From NCBI GenBank assembly GCA_032718475.1, contig JAUCBJ010003640.1, forward strand, positions 1-54,749: 54,749 nucleotides of DNA, in the 5' to 3' direction. This document shows, piece after piece, positions 1 through 11,200 of this stretch. The translations under genes were made by a program, and so were the position numbers. A model generated the notes under the pieces. It had not been told where the DNA came from and did not search any database. It was given only the letters and a program-made list of their open reading frames with translations. This stretch comes from Nemertoderma westbladi. Its lineage: Eukaryota > Animalia > Xenacoelomorpha. The first letter of the stretch is position 1; each line of letters starts with the position of its first letter.

Positions 1-1220
1 AAACAGAGGTAATAATACATAATACTAGTCACCAACACAACAACCAAGTATTAACTACCAAACAACTCTTACTGTCGTACTCTTTACTTCTTTAGGCTGT
101 TGAGTAGAATAGGCCTAGTCCCTGTTCGACTGACCAGTAGACGTCACGTCAGCCGGTCCCGGTACTATTCTGCTATTAGTATTACTGTATTAGGCAGTCA
201 GCAACACTGTTTGGTGTCTGGTACATACCGGTACTGTAGGCCCCTATATCTGTATATCAAATGGTATGGACAGATTGGTACAACGTCGTTTTGGTCAGTT
301 GGTGCCATTGCCATGCTGCCACAGTCAGACAGTGCGTCGGTGCCTATACCGGTACTGTAGTAACCTTTAGATAACAGGATAACCTTATGGTACCTGACAC
401 CCTGAATTGTTACCAGTAGTCAGATTTACCGGTAGTTTTTGTAAAGATAGGCCTACCGGTACCGGTACGGTAGCCTATTGGATATACGTTAAGCTGTTAA
501 GGCCTTGACAGCTTGATGTAGCTTGGTAGGCCAGTAGGCACACACTTGTGATAAATGTTGTGATTCAATTACCTGTAACAATTCCCAGTCCTTCAGACAG
601 TCGATGGCCTAGGTCCATTGCCTGTAACTCAACTACACGAACCACCACTGTGTTCTACAGTACTACCTATGTTGGGTGTGAATTGTAATTCCCTTACCCC
701 TGTACCCGGAAGTGGCTAGGCCTACTGACCTGACTGCCTGACCCTCTAAATACCGTATTGTTGAAGCTTTATATTTTATTTATATTTTACTTGTGTATTA
801 TTGACCGGACCCTTATTACCTCAACTTTGTGACCGGACCCAATAAATTCTAGCTTTATCTTTTTATGAACTGTTATAATATGGGGTGAGTACAAAACAAA
901 GGCCCAATTAAGTACGGTAACCTGCATAATTTTGTAACATGTGTTGACTTTTGTTTGTTGTTTTGGTTCCCCCAACACGCCTCTGTAACCTGCTCCTTTA
1001 CTAACTAGGAGAACTTGACGCAAAACCCGCCTTTGCGAATTAATATCCCACCTCAATGTTAAATATTGCTATATCTATAACTTAATTTTTTAGTGTTTTC
1101 CATATTTCGAATTGCTGTTATATTTTTTTAATTACGTAGGTACTGTACTATGGTCTACCATATTTTATTTAGTTGCATGTTAAACTGCACGTGATTCCTG
1201 TTTAATTCCGTTTAATTTAA

Positions 1221-1418
1221 AGGGACCTCCATGGAAACGAGGTATAACCTCATGGGGCTATCCCTAACATTGTACTGTACTATAATTTAATATTATGTTG
1301 GTTGCATTATTTTTAAAACAGACAATCTCCATATACCGGTTTTTAATATGCTGTTTGCTGTTTATGTTATGTTATTGTTATGTACGATGTTAATAAAAAA
1401 CTTCAACTTCAACTTCAA
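1221..1418 (+). mobile_element. 3' UTR/tail remnant of a non-LTR retrotransposon (CR1/L2-group-like) or derived SINE
   Basis: Nested stem-loop GGGA-CC-TCCATG..GAGG-TATAA-CCTC-ATGGGG..TCCC at 1221-1265, then an AT-rich stretch ending in AATAAAAAA(CTTCAA)3 at about 1392-1418. A stem-loop plus AATAAA plus a short-repeat tail is the usual 3' end of CR1/L2-type LINEs. No ORF remains. Confidence 0.45.
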
Positions 1419-1455
1419 ATTCTCAATTTTGGGAAAGGATCAGGTTACAGTGGCA

Positions 1456-1537
1456 CGTTAATTTAACTAAAACAATAAACTAAACACAATTGAACAGGTT
1501 ACAGTTCTATTTTTGAGAGTAATCAGCTATTATATGC
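1456..1537 (+). repeat. Dispersed ~82-bp repeat, copy 1 (upstream of TMEM65)
   Basis: CGTTAATTTAACTAAAACAATAAAC..GAACAGGTTACAGTT..ATCAGCTATTATATGC aligns by eye with 52898-52979. Confidence 0.6.
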
Positions 1538-1701
1538 GTCCAATTTCCCCTGCCTTACCCAGTTCAATACTTTATTCAAGCGTTTGCAATTAAGTCAAAT
1601 TGGAGTATATGAAATCCATCCGCCCCAATATAGAAGGACTGACGGACGGAAAAGTCCGCAATATGGCATTATAAATAATAAGAAGTTTACTGGCATGCAG
1701 C

Positions 1702-2152
1702 ATGTTTGCGGCGTATTCTAGAAAACTATGTGCATCTCTAAATCAACGTTTCATAGTATTTGATAGCCGTTTTCTGGGACGTTCAAAGATCTTCCATAGA
1801 TCTTTTGCGACTAGCAGATTAGCTTTAAAAAGTAAACCTAACGTCCAACTATTGCCCGGGTTACATTATAAAGGAATCCGATATGAACTACGCGATGAAG
1901 AATCAACTCGTTTGTTCTTATCAAAGTTAACTTTAGAAGAACGAAAGTTAATTCGGTTGGAGTTTGAATCCCAAACCGATTCGCAACCTCAACCACCTGG
2001 AACCCAGTCTCCCCCTGCGGAAATACCCTCCAGGACTAAATATCTGGTACTTATAAACGTTATGTTTCCCTTTATTGGTTTTGGATTTCTAGACAACGCA
2101 GTGATGTTGGTAGCCGGTGATTATATTGATATATACATTGGCTCTATTCTTG
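1702..2152 (+). CDS. TMEM65: TMEM65 (mitochondrial inner-membrane protein), exon 1
   Basis: ATG at 1702 and an Arg/Ser-rich N-terminus resembling a mitochondrial transit peptide. Family motif PFIGFGFLDNAVMLVAGDYID is present. Donor G|GTTAGT at 2152/2153, phase 1. Confidence 0.92.
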
Positions 2153-2582
2153 GTTAGTATAAATAATTATTATTTGTGATGCATCACATTATTATTATTA
2201 TATATCGTCATATATTATAAATAAAATATATCGTAAAATAAATATATTTCAAACATAGTAGGCCTATTTAAAAATAATCGCCAATGACATTGGTGACAAA
2301 ATTGAGAATCTGTTTAGTCGTATAGGCCTATAGTCCTACAGAGTAAAATAATAAAACAATATCAATTGTTATTAATTTAACTAATCCAATGTGTACTAAA
2401 CAGATGCGAAATTTATAAGATAAGAAACTCAGAATAAAGTGATCCGAAATAAATACTAAAGTTTCTTTGAATCACTTAAAGAAAAATAATTAAACCCTTA
2501 GAATTTTTAATCATCAGCTAATTATTATTATAATACGATAATTAACGGACTTCTAATTTATTATCATAATTACCTTCTCTAG

Positions 2583-2836
2583 GGATATCAACTCTTGCTG
2601 CAGCTGGGATAGGGAACCTGATATCCGATATATTCGGTTTGGGGATGGCCGACTACGTACAGAGAGTTACCGCCAAGTTGGGACTCCCTCACCCTGTACT
2701 CGACCACCAACAGATGCAGACTCGGGTCTACAGACGCTGGCTCAGTGCCGGTAGACTATTAGGTATAACAATAGGTTGTCTTCTTGGAATGCTTCCATTA
2801 TTGGTGCTACATACCAAACCTCCGGAAACTAAATGA
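2583..2836 (+). CDS. TMEM65: TMEM65, exon 2
   Basis: Acceptor CCTTCTCTAG ends at 2582. The phase-1 join reads GISTLAAAGIGNLISDIFGLG...GITIGCLLGMLPL, as in TMEM65. Stop TGA ends at 2836. Spliced CDS is 705 nt (234 aa). Confidence 0.92.
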
Positions 2837-3989
2837 GTTGTAATAGTACATATTGTCCCATAACTCTGGTCTCCATGTTTACTATTTTGTTAATCATTAT
2901 GTTTATTACTTCTCACTGGTGCGTGACTCGTCGAGTGCTTTTTTCATAAACATGACAAAATAAATATTGTAATCTACTGTGGTTGATTTGGAGTTTAACA
3001 TATTATGATCAGTCATGAATCTCGTTTAATTTCTATTTTCCGAATCTCCACAGGTATTTTAGTACTTTTCGTATTTTTTATTAACTGCAATTCTTATTTT
3101 TACTTAAAATCACCTATTATTAATATTTTACAAATAGGGTTTGTGGGTGGGTGGGTATGTAATAATTATGAACTATAAGTAGTAATAAATTATACAATTT
3201 GTTGTCCCTACGTTTCATTTGTATATTTTCTAATTTACAAATTTGCTACAATAAGTGATTGATTTACATGTAAATTATTAAAAATAAATTATTTTTACTT
3301 TTAAATTCATTTTTAGTTGTTCGCGGAAACGTAATTGGAATTATCGCAACCTAATTCCTTTTGTATTGAGTCAAATAAGAAATTATATGAATTGTTTGAT
3401 TAAACATCATAAGTAAAAATATATTTTAATTTAACCTAAGGTTAGGTGTAATTTAACCTAGGTCGTCAGCTGTTTCAATGCCCAGTACATAGCGACACCT
3501 TTAGGCATACGAAGGTATAGGCAGAGGGCTGTAGCCTCCCTGCCTCCAAGATAAATGCTGAGATCCAAAATAGGAGGCGAAAATTCAAAACATTTCTAGA
3601 TCTGTACCAGTTTACTTTATTAAAGTTCTTGTTAAAGATAAAAGTGATAACTCCCGCTAGCGGCTCAGGTAAAAGGTAGACCTGGAAATACTATGTTTCC
3701 TTGAATGTCCACAATTTGCCTCCTCATGGCCTCGCATCTGTCATTACCATAATCTGCTGCCACTGTGCTCTATCCTACATTACTTGGCCGTATTTATCCA
3801 CTCGGTCCTATTTACCTACCTATAATTGGCTTTCTACATTGAAACTGCACATTGAGATGTTATGATTGCTTAAAACAAAAATATTTTGCCACCACCGCAT
3901 ACAATCCACAATTTGCAAGCCCAACTAATGCTAAACTAATTACTAACGCAGCGTTAATTAAGAATGCTGTTCCGGCTTCTCAACAAAGT

Positions 3990-5310
3990 TGCACCGCCAC
4001 AACTTGCTATCCCCCCATGAATTTCGCGAGATTATCCGCATCTTCAAGGCCAGTGTCCTTTAAGATGCGTCTCAAGAAAGTCATGGGCTGTCCACCATGC
4101 TTATTTTCTCCATGGGGATGCCAAAGCACAAGATTGTGCACGGGCTGGTCCTCACGGCGAAAGCAATGTCCTGCGAAACGGAGACGGCTTTATTTTAGTG
4201 TCAAGCTTGGGGGAACCAATGAGACACCTCTAATGATATATATTTTATTATTTATTATTATATTAAGATAATTCGGACGGAGTCGACAATGAAGTAAAAT
4301 GGTAAATTAAAAATGCACTGTATGCACGGCCGAGAACTAACAGAAGACTAAGGTAAAAATGTCTGATAAGATACGTTAAAATATCAGCACATATAGTGTC
4401 TGGTTGGAGATGTGTGCACTGTGCTTGACACAGTGAACCCGATGTAGCCTTCTTGAGAACGTGCAATTCAGAGATTTGGTGTCCTCAGCAGTTAGAGCCC
4501 AGCATGGACTCCCAAAGAGGAGACTGGTACTACTGTTGCTCTAAATCATCGGACCTTAAGTTTCCGATGAATTCTGTATGACTTCAAATCCAGGAAAGCC
4601 CATTCAATACTACCCTTGCCTTTCCCTTACGTATTCGAAGGTCCTCACCTGACCTCTGGATTCATGATCCCAGGTAACTCTCCTTGGAGCTTCATACGAT
4701 TAGACATTTCCTGAGTATTTTCAAAGTTAATTGTCAAAATTTTGGTCTTATTGGAGTTTTAAAAAAAACACTAGTTATAGCCTGTACCTCTAGTGATTCT
4801 GAGAGTACTCTTAAGTCATCAGCAGTCTAGATCAGTTAGGTACTTGGCAGGATTTCCTCGACTTCTGGAGCCAGTAGGTGGTGTTACCATCACCCCATCA
4901 TCATTATTGTGATCTAAGGACATGCGTAGGCTGTGTCACCGTCAACAGTAGACACAATTGTTGTCGAACTATCGTATACTGATCGAATTGCTGCAATAAT
5001 TTCATCAGGAATCCCATACAATGAAATGCTGAACATACCTGAGCGATAGACTCAATCGATGTCCTTGAAAAAGTCAACAAAGATAACAACAGCCAGATAG
5101 ATCTCTGTCTTTCTTTTTTATAACTATAGTGTCAAAATGGACTCCATATGGTCCCGCGACCTTTATGGAACCCATTCTGATTTCCACGGAGCAGTCTCTT
5201 AATGGGATCCCTGATGCGATTTAATAGAATTATATTGTATAGCTTTGCAGCAATCAGTGAAGTAGTATGGTGAACCCCTTTTCGGCGACAGTTGGACCTA
5301 CTTCACACCT
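3990..5310 (-). mobile_element. Degenerate RTE-clade LINE (reverse transcriptase plus C-terminal region), many stops and frameshifts
   Basis: Manual minus-strand translation gives ordered pieces: AAKLYNIILLNRIRDPIKRLLRGNQNGF, VIFVDF..YGIPDEIIAAIRSVYD..VDGD, YLTDLD/ADDL, YLGS, FRATVVP..CWALT, HISNQTLY, RLRFAGHCFRREDQPVHNLVLWHPHG..DTGL. The order matches the better preserved element at 50410-51680. Boundaries are approximate. Confidence 0.85.
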
Positions 5311-5378
5311 TAGGTGTTAAGTAGGTCATTAATTAATTAATTAATTGGTTGATTAAACAATTAATTAATTGCTTAATC

Positions 5379-5435
5379 GATCGATTTGTATCAAATAATG
5401 TTGCCAAAGGCAATTTAATTTGATACAAATCAATC
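5379..5435. repeat. Hairpin / inverted repeat
   Basis: GATTTGTATCAAAT (5383-5396) and ATTTGATACAAATC (5418-5431) form a perfect 14-bp inverted pair around an inner TTGCC-AAA-GGCAA stem. Confidence 0.75.
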
Positions 5436-6332
5436 AGATAGGGATGCGCTATGAATAGATAGTACTACAGTAGGTACGATAGATAAAATATACAATACAA
5501 TAGTAACAATAATACTGTATACAGTACCGGTACATTTGTATTATTTTTGTCATACAGTAGGTAATTATAGAGTAGAATGAAATAAAAAAGATGGGGCGAG
5601 GCCCAAAACATAATTTACCCTTAATCCCATACTGTATGTCAACATGGGGCTTGCACGAATTGAAAATTATTTAAACCTCCAGCTTTGCTATTATGTAAGA
5701 TTGGAAACCAAAGGTTTACGTCTTACGCGCCAGCATTAACCCCGAATCGCACATAGGCCAACTACAACCATTAATTACACACCATACGACCATTGTCAAA
5801 TACGCCTGAGAAAATTACAATAAACATCTGGTTTGCAATAGATTATTCTTCTTTCACAACTCCATTCTAGCCTCCATCTATAATAGCCCCCGTTCACCGC
5901 ATTCCCTTTCATTCTCTATTTTTTATTTTTAAAAGTTTTATCTATTTTCATAAAAGTTTTATTTATTTTCATTTTGTAAAATCATTTAGCGAAAATTCAA
6001 TACTATCAATTGACATCGCTATATAATGCATAGAGATGAAAGTTGTTTGGTTTGTAATAAAGAAATGAGACAAGACAATCTATCTCGTCATATGGAAAGA
6101 CATACATAGAATGGATAAACTAATGGATCCGTTACCAAAGAAATTTAATAAACATAATGATATTTTTAGTGAAGATGAAAAGAAAAAGAGAGATGAGCGT
6201 GATATATTAGATAAAACAGACAATGGAAAAAAATTTCATAAAGTTATGAATATTTTGAAAGGGATACAAAAACAGTTACCTTTAGAAAATGAAGAAAATT
6301 TGAGTGAGAAAGATGAAGAAGAACTTTCTTCT

Positions 6333-6449
6333 GACGAAGAAAGTGAAGGTCAGGAAGAGGACGAAGAAAGTGAAGGTCAGGAAGAGGGTGAAGAAAGTGA
6401 AGGTCAGGAAGAGGGTGAAGAAAGTGAAGCTCAGGAAGAGGACGAAGAA
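6333..6449 (+). repeat. 27-bp coding-type tandem repeat (EESEGQEE[D/G]), about 4.3 copies
   Basis: Unit GACGAAGAAAGTGAAGGTCAGGAAGAG starts at 6333, 6360, 6387, 6414 and 6441. Confidence 0.85.
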
Positions 6450-6530
6450 AATAAGGAAAGTGACGAAGAAGAAGATGAAGAAAGTGAAGATGCGGAAAGT
6501 TAAGAAGAGGATGAAAATGATAATAATGAG

Positions 6531-6815
6531 GAAATATTGAGACAATTACTTGGAAAGAAGAATAAATTGCGGAAAATTATTAAACATTTGAAGGAAAATG
6601 AAGAAAATAAAGAGGTGACATTGACCCAAGTTCTAGGAAGTAAAATTAAATTACAGAAATTTATTAAACATTTAAAAGAGAATGATGAAAATAAAGAAGA
6701 GATATTGAGGCAAATATTAGTAAACAAAAATAAAATGCAGAAATTTATTAAACAAATGGAAGAAAATGAAGAAAATAGAGAAGAGATATTAAGACAGGTC
6801 CTGGGAAAAAAAAAG
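6531..6815 (+). repeat. Diverged 84-bp (28-aa) tandem repeat, about 3.4 copies
   Basis: EILRQ.L.KK.KL.K.IKHLKENEENK-like units start at 6531, 6615, 6699 and 6783. Confidence 0.75.
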
Positions 6816-7030
6816 TAAATTATTGAAAATTAATGAACAATTGAATAAAATTAAGAAACAGTTGGTTAATGAGGAAGATGAAAGTAAAGAAAATCAACCA
6901 GCTTTTACTAATTTTCGAAGATCTATGATAAAAAAAAAACACTCGTACATTATATGCCCGCGCAGGACGACGCTATTGACATTTGTTTGTTTGAGTTCCT
7001 TTCATAAGGACTATTTATTTATAACAATTA

Positions 7031-7809
7031 CACCATGACCCGTAATATAGTGTCATTTTCTGATGACACGGACCCCCCCCCCCCCCCCCCCCCCCCAATT
7101 TTTCTACAAATCGTTATCAAACTGCTTGAAATTGGAAACACAACTAGTTCAACTCACCGTGGTTGTTACCATTAAGCCGGAATTTTCGATTTCGCCTTTA
7201 AATTTTATTTATAAGTGTTTTAAAAAAGTGTCTTTTGCGAAATCGCACCCTCTGTATCATTGCCATTCTTCACTTTAGTCGTAATTTTTTCACATCAATA
7301 GAAAGCTTGCGTTGAAAGGATTCCAAATATCTGAATTTCATTGAGAAACAGCTGAGAAATAGGCGTTCAAAGATTGCAAGAATTATTGTTCACTGCGGGC
7401 CATTTATTCTATTTAATAAATACACAATATTCTAGAACGTGTTATTTATTTTATGAGTTGGTATGCGACAGCGGTATGCCTATACGATATCTATATTGCA
7501 TAGCTAATCATACATAAACAAATTGTTCCAGAATATTGTGTATTTATTAAATAGAATAAAGGTCTGCAGTGAACAATAAATCTTGCAATCTTTGAGTGGA
7601 GGGTGCGATTTCGAAAAAGACACTTTTTTAAAACGCTTATGAATAAAATGTAAACGCTAAATAGAAAATTCCGGCTTCATGGTAACAACCACGGTGAGTT
7701 GAACTAGTTGTGTTTCAAATTTCAAGCAATATGATAAAGATTTGTAGAAAAATTTGGGGGGGGGGGGTCCGTGTCATGAGAAAATGACACTATATTACGG
7801 GTCATGGTG
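7031..7809. mobile_element. Non-autonomous fold-back DNA transposon (MITE) with TA target-site duplication, Tc1/mariner-like ends
   Basis: TA|CACCATGACCCGTAATATAGTGTCATTTTC ... GAAAATGACACTATATTACGGGTCATGGTG|TA. Outer inverted arms are about 220 bp and include poly-C/poly-G. A second inner inverted pair lies at about 7368-7440 versus 7525-7596. Confidence 0.93.
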
Positions 7810-8145
7810 TACATTACCATTAAGAGTATTTATCCATAATAATTATATTAGTATTATAAATGTATTTACCCACAATATTTATTACTATTAGGTCTATTTA
7901 TTCAAGAAATTATGTTTTTTATAATATACTTTGGAAAATTAGTCGACTAAGTCATAATTTTTAAAACTTTAAATAAGGGTTGAGTTATTTTGTAAAGTTA
8001 AGAAGAGTGAACCAACAGAGGCAACCTAAAGTCTAATCTCTTGGCCTTTACTCATAAGACCTCACATTAACTCCCAAGGTTGCATACTATCTCTATAGCT
8101 GGGAGAGTCAAAGCTAGTGTACACTAGAGTCAACCAAGAGCTAGG

Positions 8146-8225
8146 AAAAAGAATAATGCACTTCTAGGGTTCGAACTCACGACCTTCTAAATAGAAAACT
8201 AAGCAAATGATCAGCTTGAAGGCCT
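8146..8225 (-). other. Degenerate tRNA-like / SINE-head remnant
   Basis: The minus strand has a B-box-like AGGTCGTGAGTTCGAACCC followed about 20 nt later by TTTTT. There is no good A box or cloverleaf. Confidence 0.35.
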
Positions 8226-8280
8226 TAGACCCTTAATCTGAGCCTCAGTGCCTCAGTGAGGCATAGTCTGTGCCTCAGTG

Positions 8281-11200
8281 ATCTGCCCCAGTGATGTGAC
8301 TGAGAGAGTATCTGTACCAGTGCTGTGACTGAAGAGTATCTGTCCCAGTGATGTGACTGAGAGAGTATCTGTACCAGTGCTGTGACTGAAGAGTATCTGT
8401 CCCAGTGATGCGACTGAGAGAGTATCTGTCCCAGTGATGTGACTGAGATAGTATCTGTCCCAGTGATGTGACTGGGGGAGTATATGTACCAGTGATGTGA
8501 CTCAGAGAGTATCTGTCCCAGTGATGTGACTGAGAGCATCTGTCCCATTTATGTGACTGAGAGAGTATCTGCCCAGTGATGTGACTGGGGGAGTATATGT
8601 CCCAGTGATGTGACTGGGAGAGTATCTGTATCAGGGAGGATATGTACCAGTGATGTGACTGAGAGAGTATCTGCCCCAGTGATGTGACTGAGAGAGTATC
8701 TGTCCCAGTGATGTGACTGGGGGAATATCTGTCCAAGTGATGTGAATGAGAGAGTATCTGTCCCAGTGATGTGACTGAGAGAGTATCTGTCCCAGTGATG
8801 TGACTGGGGGAGTATATGTCCCAGTGATGTGACTGGGGGAGTATATGTCCCAGTGATGTGACTGGGAGAGTATCTGTATCAGGGAGGATATGTACCAGTG
8901 ATGTGACTGAGAGAGTATCTGCCCCAGTGATGTGACTGAGAGAGTATCTGTCCCAGTGATGTGACTGGGGGAATATCTGTCCAAGTGATGTGAATGAGAG
9001 AGTATCTGCCCCAGTGATGTGACTGAGAGAGTATCTGTCCCAGTGATGTGACTGGGGGAATATCTGTCCAAGTGATGTGAATGAGAGAGTATCTGCCCCA
9101 GTGATGTGACTGGGGGAGTATCTGTCCCAATGATGTGACTGAGAGAGTATCTGTCCCAGTGATGTGACTGGGAGAGTATCTGACCCAGTGATGTGACTGA
9201 GAGAGTATCTGTCCCAGTGATGTGACTGGGGGAGTATATGTCCCAGTGATGTGACTGGGAGAGTATATGTACCAGTGATGTGACTGGGGGAGTATATGTC
9301 CCAGTGATGTGACTGGGGGAGTATATGTCCCAGTGATGTGACTGGGAGAGTATATGTACCAGTGATGTGACTGAGAGAGTATCTGTCCCAGTGATGTGAC
9401 TGGGGGAGTATATGTACCAGTGATGTGACTGAGAGCGTATCTGTCCCAGTGATGTGACTGAGAGAGTATCTGTCCCAGTGATGTGACTGAGAGAGTATCT
9501 GTCCCAGTGATGTGACTGGGAGAGTATATGTCCCAGTGATGTGACTGGGGGAGTATATGTCCCAGTGATGTGACTGAGAGAGTATCTGTCCCAGTGATGT
9601 GACTGGGAGAGTATATGTCCCAGTGATGTGACTGGGGGAGTATATGTCCCAGTGATGTGACTGGGGGAGTATATGTCCCAGTGATGTGACTGGGAGAGTA
9701 TATGTACCCAGTGATGTGACTGAGAGAGTATCTGTCCCAGTGATGTGACTGGGAGAGTATATGTCCCAGTGATGTGACTGGGGGAGTATATGTCCCAGTG
9801 ATGTGACTGGGGGAGTATATGTCCCAGTGATGTGACTGGGAGAGTATATGTACCAGTGATGTGACTGAGAGAGTATCTGTCCCAGTGATGTGACTGGGAG
9901 AGTATCTGTCCCAGTGATGTGACTGAGAGAGTATCTGTCCCAGTGATGTGACTGGGGGAGTATATGTCCCAGTGATGTGACTGGGAGAGTATATGTACCA
10001 GTGATGTGACTGGGAGTATCTGTCCCAGTGATGTGACTGAGAGAGTATCTGTCCCAGTGATGTGACTGAGAGAGTATCTGCCCCAGTGATGTGACTGAGA
10101 GAGTATCTGTCCCAGTGATGTGACTGGGGGAATATATGTCCCAGTGATGTGACTGGGAGAGTATCTGTATCAGGGAGGATATGTACCAGTGATGTGACTG
10201 AGAGAGTATCTGCCCCAGTGATGTGACTGAGAGAGTATCTGTCCCAGTGATGTGACTGGGGGAATATCTGTCCAAGTGATGTGAATGAGAGAGTATCTGC
10301 CCCAGTGATGTGACTGAGAGAGTATCTGTCCCAGTGATGTGACTGAGAGCATCTGTCCCATTTATGTGACTGAGAGAGTATCTGTTCCAGTGATGTGATT
10401 TAGAGAGTATCTGTTCCAGTAATGTGACTGAGAGAGTATCTGCCCCAGTGATGTGACTGAGAGAGTATCTGTCCCAGTGATGTGACTGATAGAGTATCTG
10501 TCCCAGTGATGTGACTGGGAGTATCTGCCCCAGTGATGTGACTGAGAGAGTATCTGTCCCAGTGATGTAACAGAGAGAGTATCTGCCCCAGTGATGTGAC
10601 TGATAGAGTATCTGTCCCAGTGATGTGACTGAGAGAGTATCTGTCCAAGTGATGTGAATGAGAGAGTATCTGTCCCAGTGATGTGACTGGGGGAGTATCT
10701 GTATCAGGGAGGATATGTACCAGTGATGTGACTGGGGGAGTATCTGTATCAGGGAGGATATGTCCCAGTGATGTGACTGGGAGAGTATCTGTATCAGGGA
10801 GGATATGTACCAGTGATGTGACTGGGATAGTATCTGTATCAGGGAGGATATGTACCAGTGATGTGACTGAGAGAGTATCTGTCCAAGTGATGTGACTGGG
10901 GGAGGATATGTACCAGTGATGTGACTGAGAGAGTATCTGCCCCAGTGATGTGACTGAGAGAGTATCTGTCCCAGTGATGTGACTGGGGGAATATCTGCCC
11001 CAGTGATGTGACTGAGAGAGTATCTGTCCCAGTGATGTGACTGAGAGAGTATCTGTCCCAGTGATGTCACTGAGAGAGTATCTGCCCCAGTGATGTGACT
11101 GAGAGAGTATCTGTCCCAGTGATGTCACTGAGAGAGTATCTGTCCAAGTGATGTGACTGAGAGAGTATCTGTCCCAGTGATGTCACTGAGAGAGTATCTG

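Larger units (their letters stand above)
6026..6945 (+). pseudogene. Disabled intronless ORF: N-terminal C2H2 zinc finger, acidic tract and 28-aa helical repeats
   Basis: ATG at 6026 reads MHRDESCLVCNKEMRQDNLSRHMERH. Removing a CATA duplication (6101-6108) joins it to ORF 6111. TAA at 6501 is in frame with ORF 6537. Removing one A from the A9 run (6806-6814) joins ORF 6823. The 3' end is uncertain. Confidence 0.7.

Noticed and set aside
100-1056. Short ORFs at 100-360 and 787-1056
   Set aside because: The starts are non-ATG, there are no recognisable motifs, and there is no supported splice structure.
6282-6727. Phe-rich minus ORFs and a Lys/Arg-rich alternate-frame ORF
   Set aside because: They are alternate-frame readings of the purine-rich acidic repeat.
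8146-8225. Functional tRNA gene
   Set aside because: Only a B-box/T-loop is recognisable. The T stem, acceptor stem and D arm do not pair.
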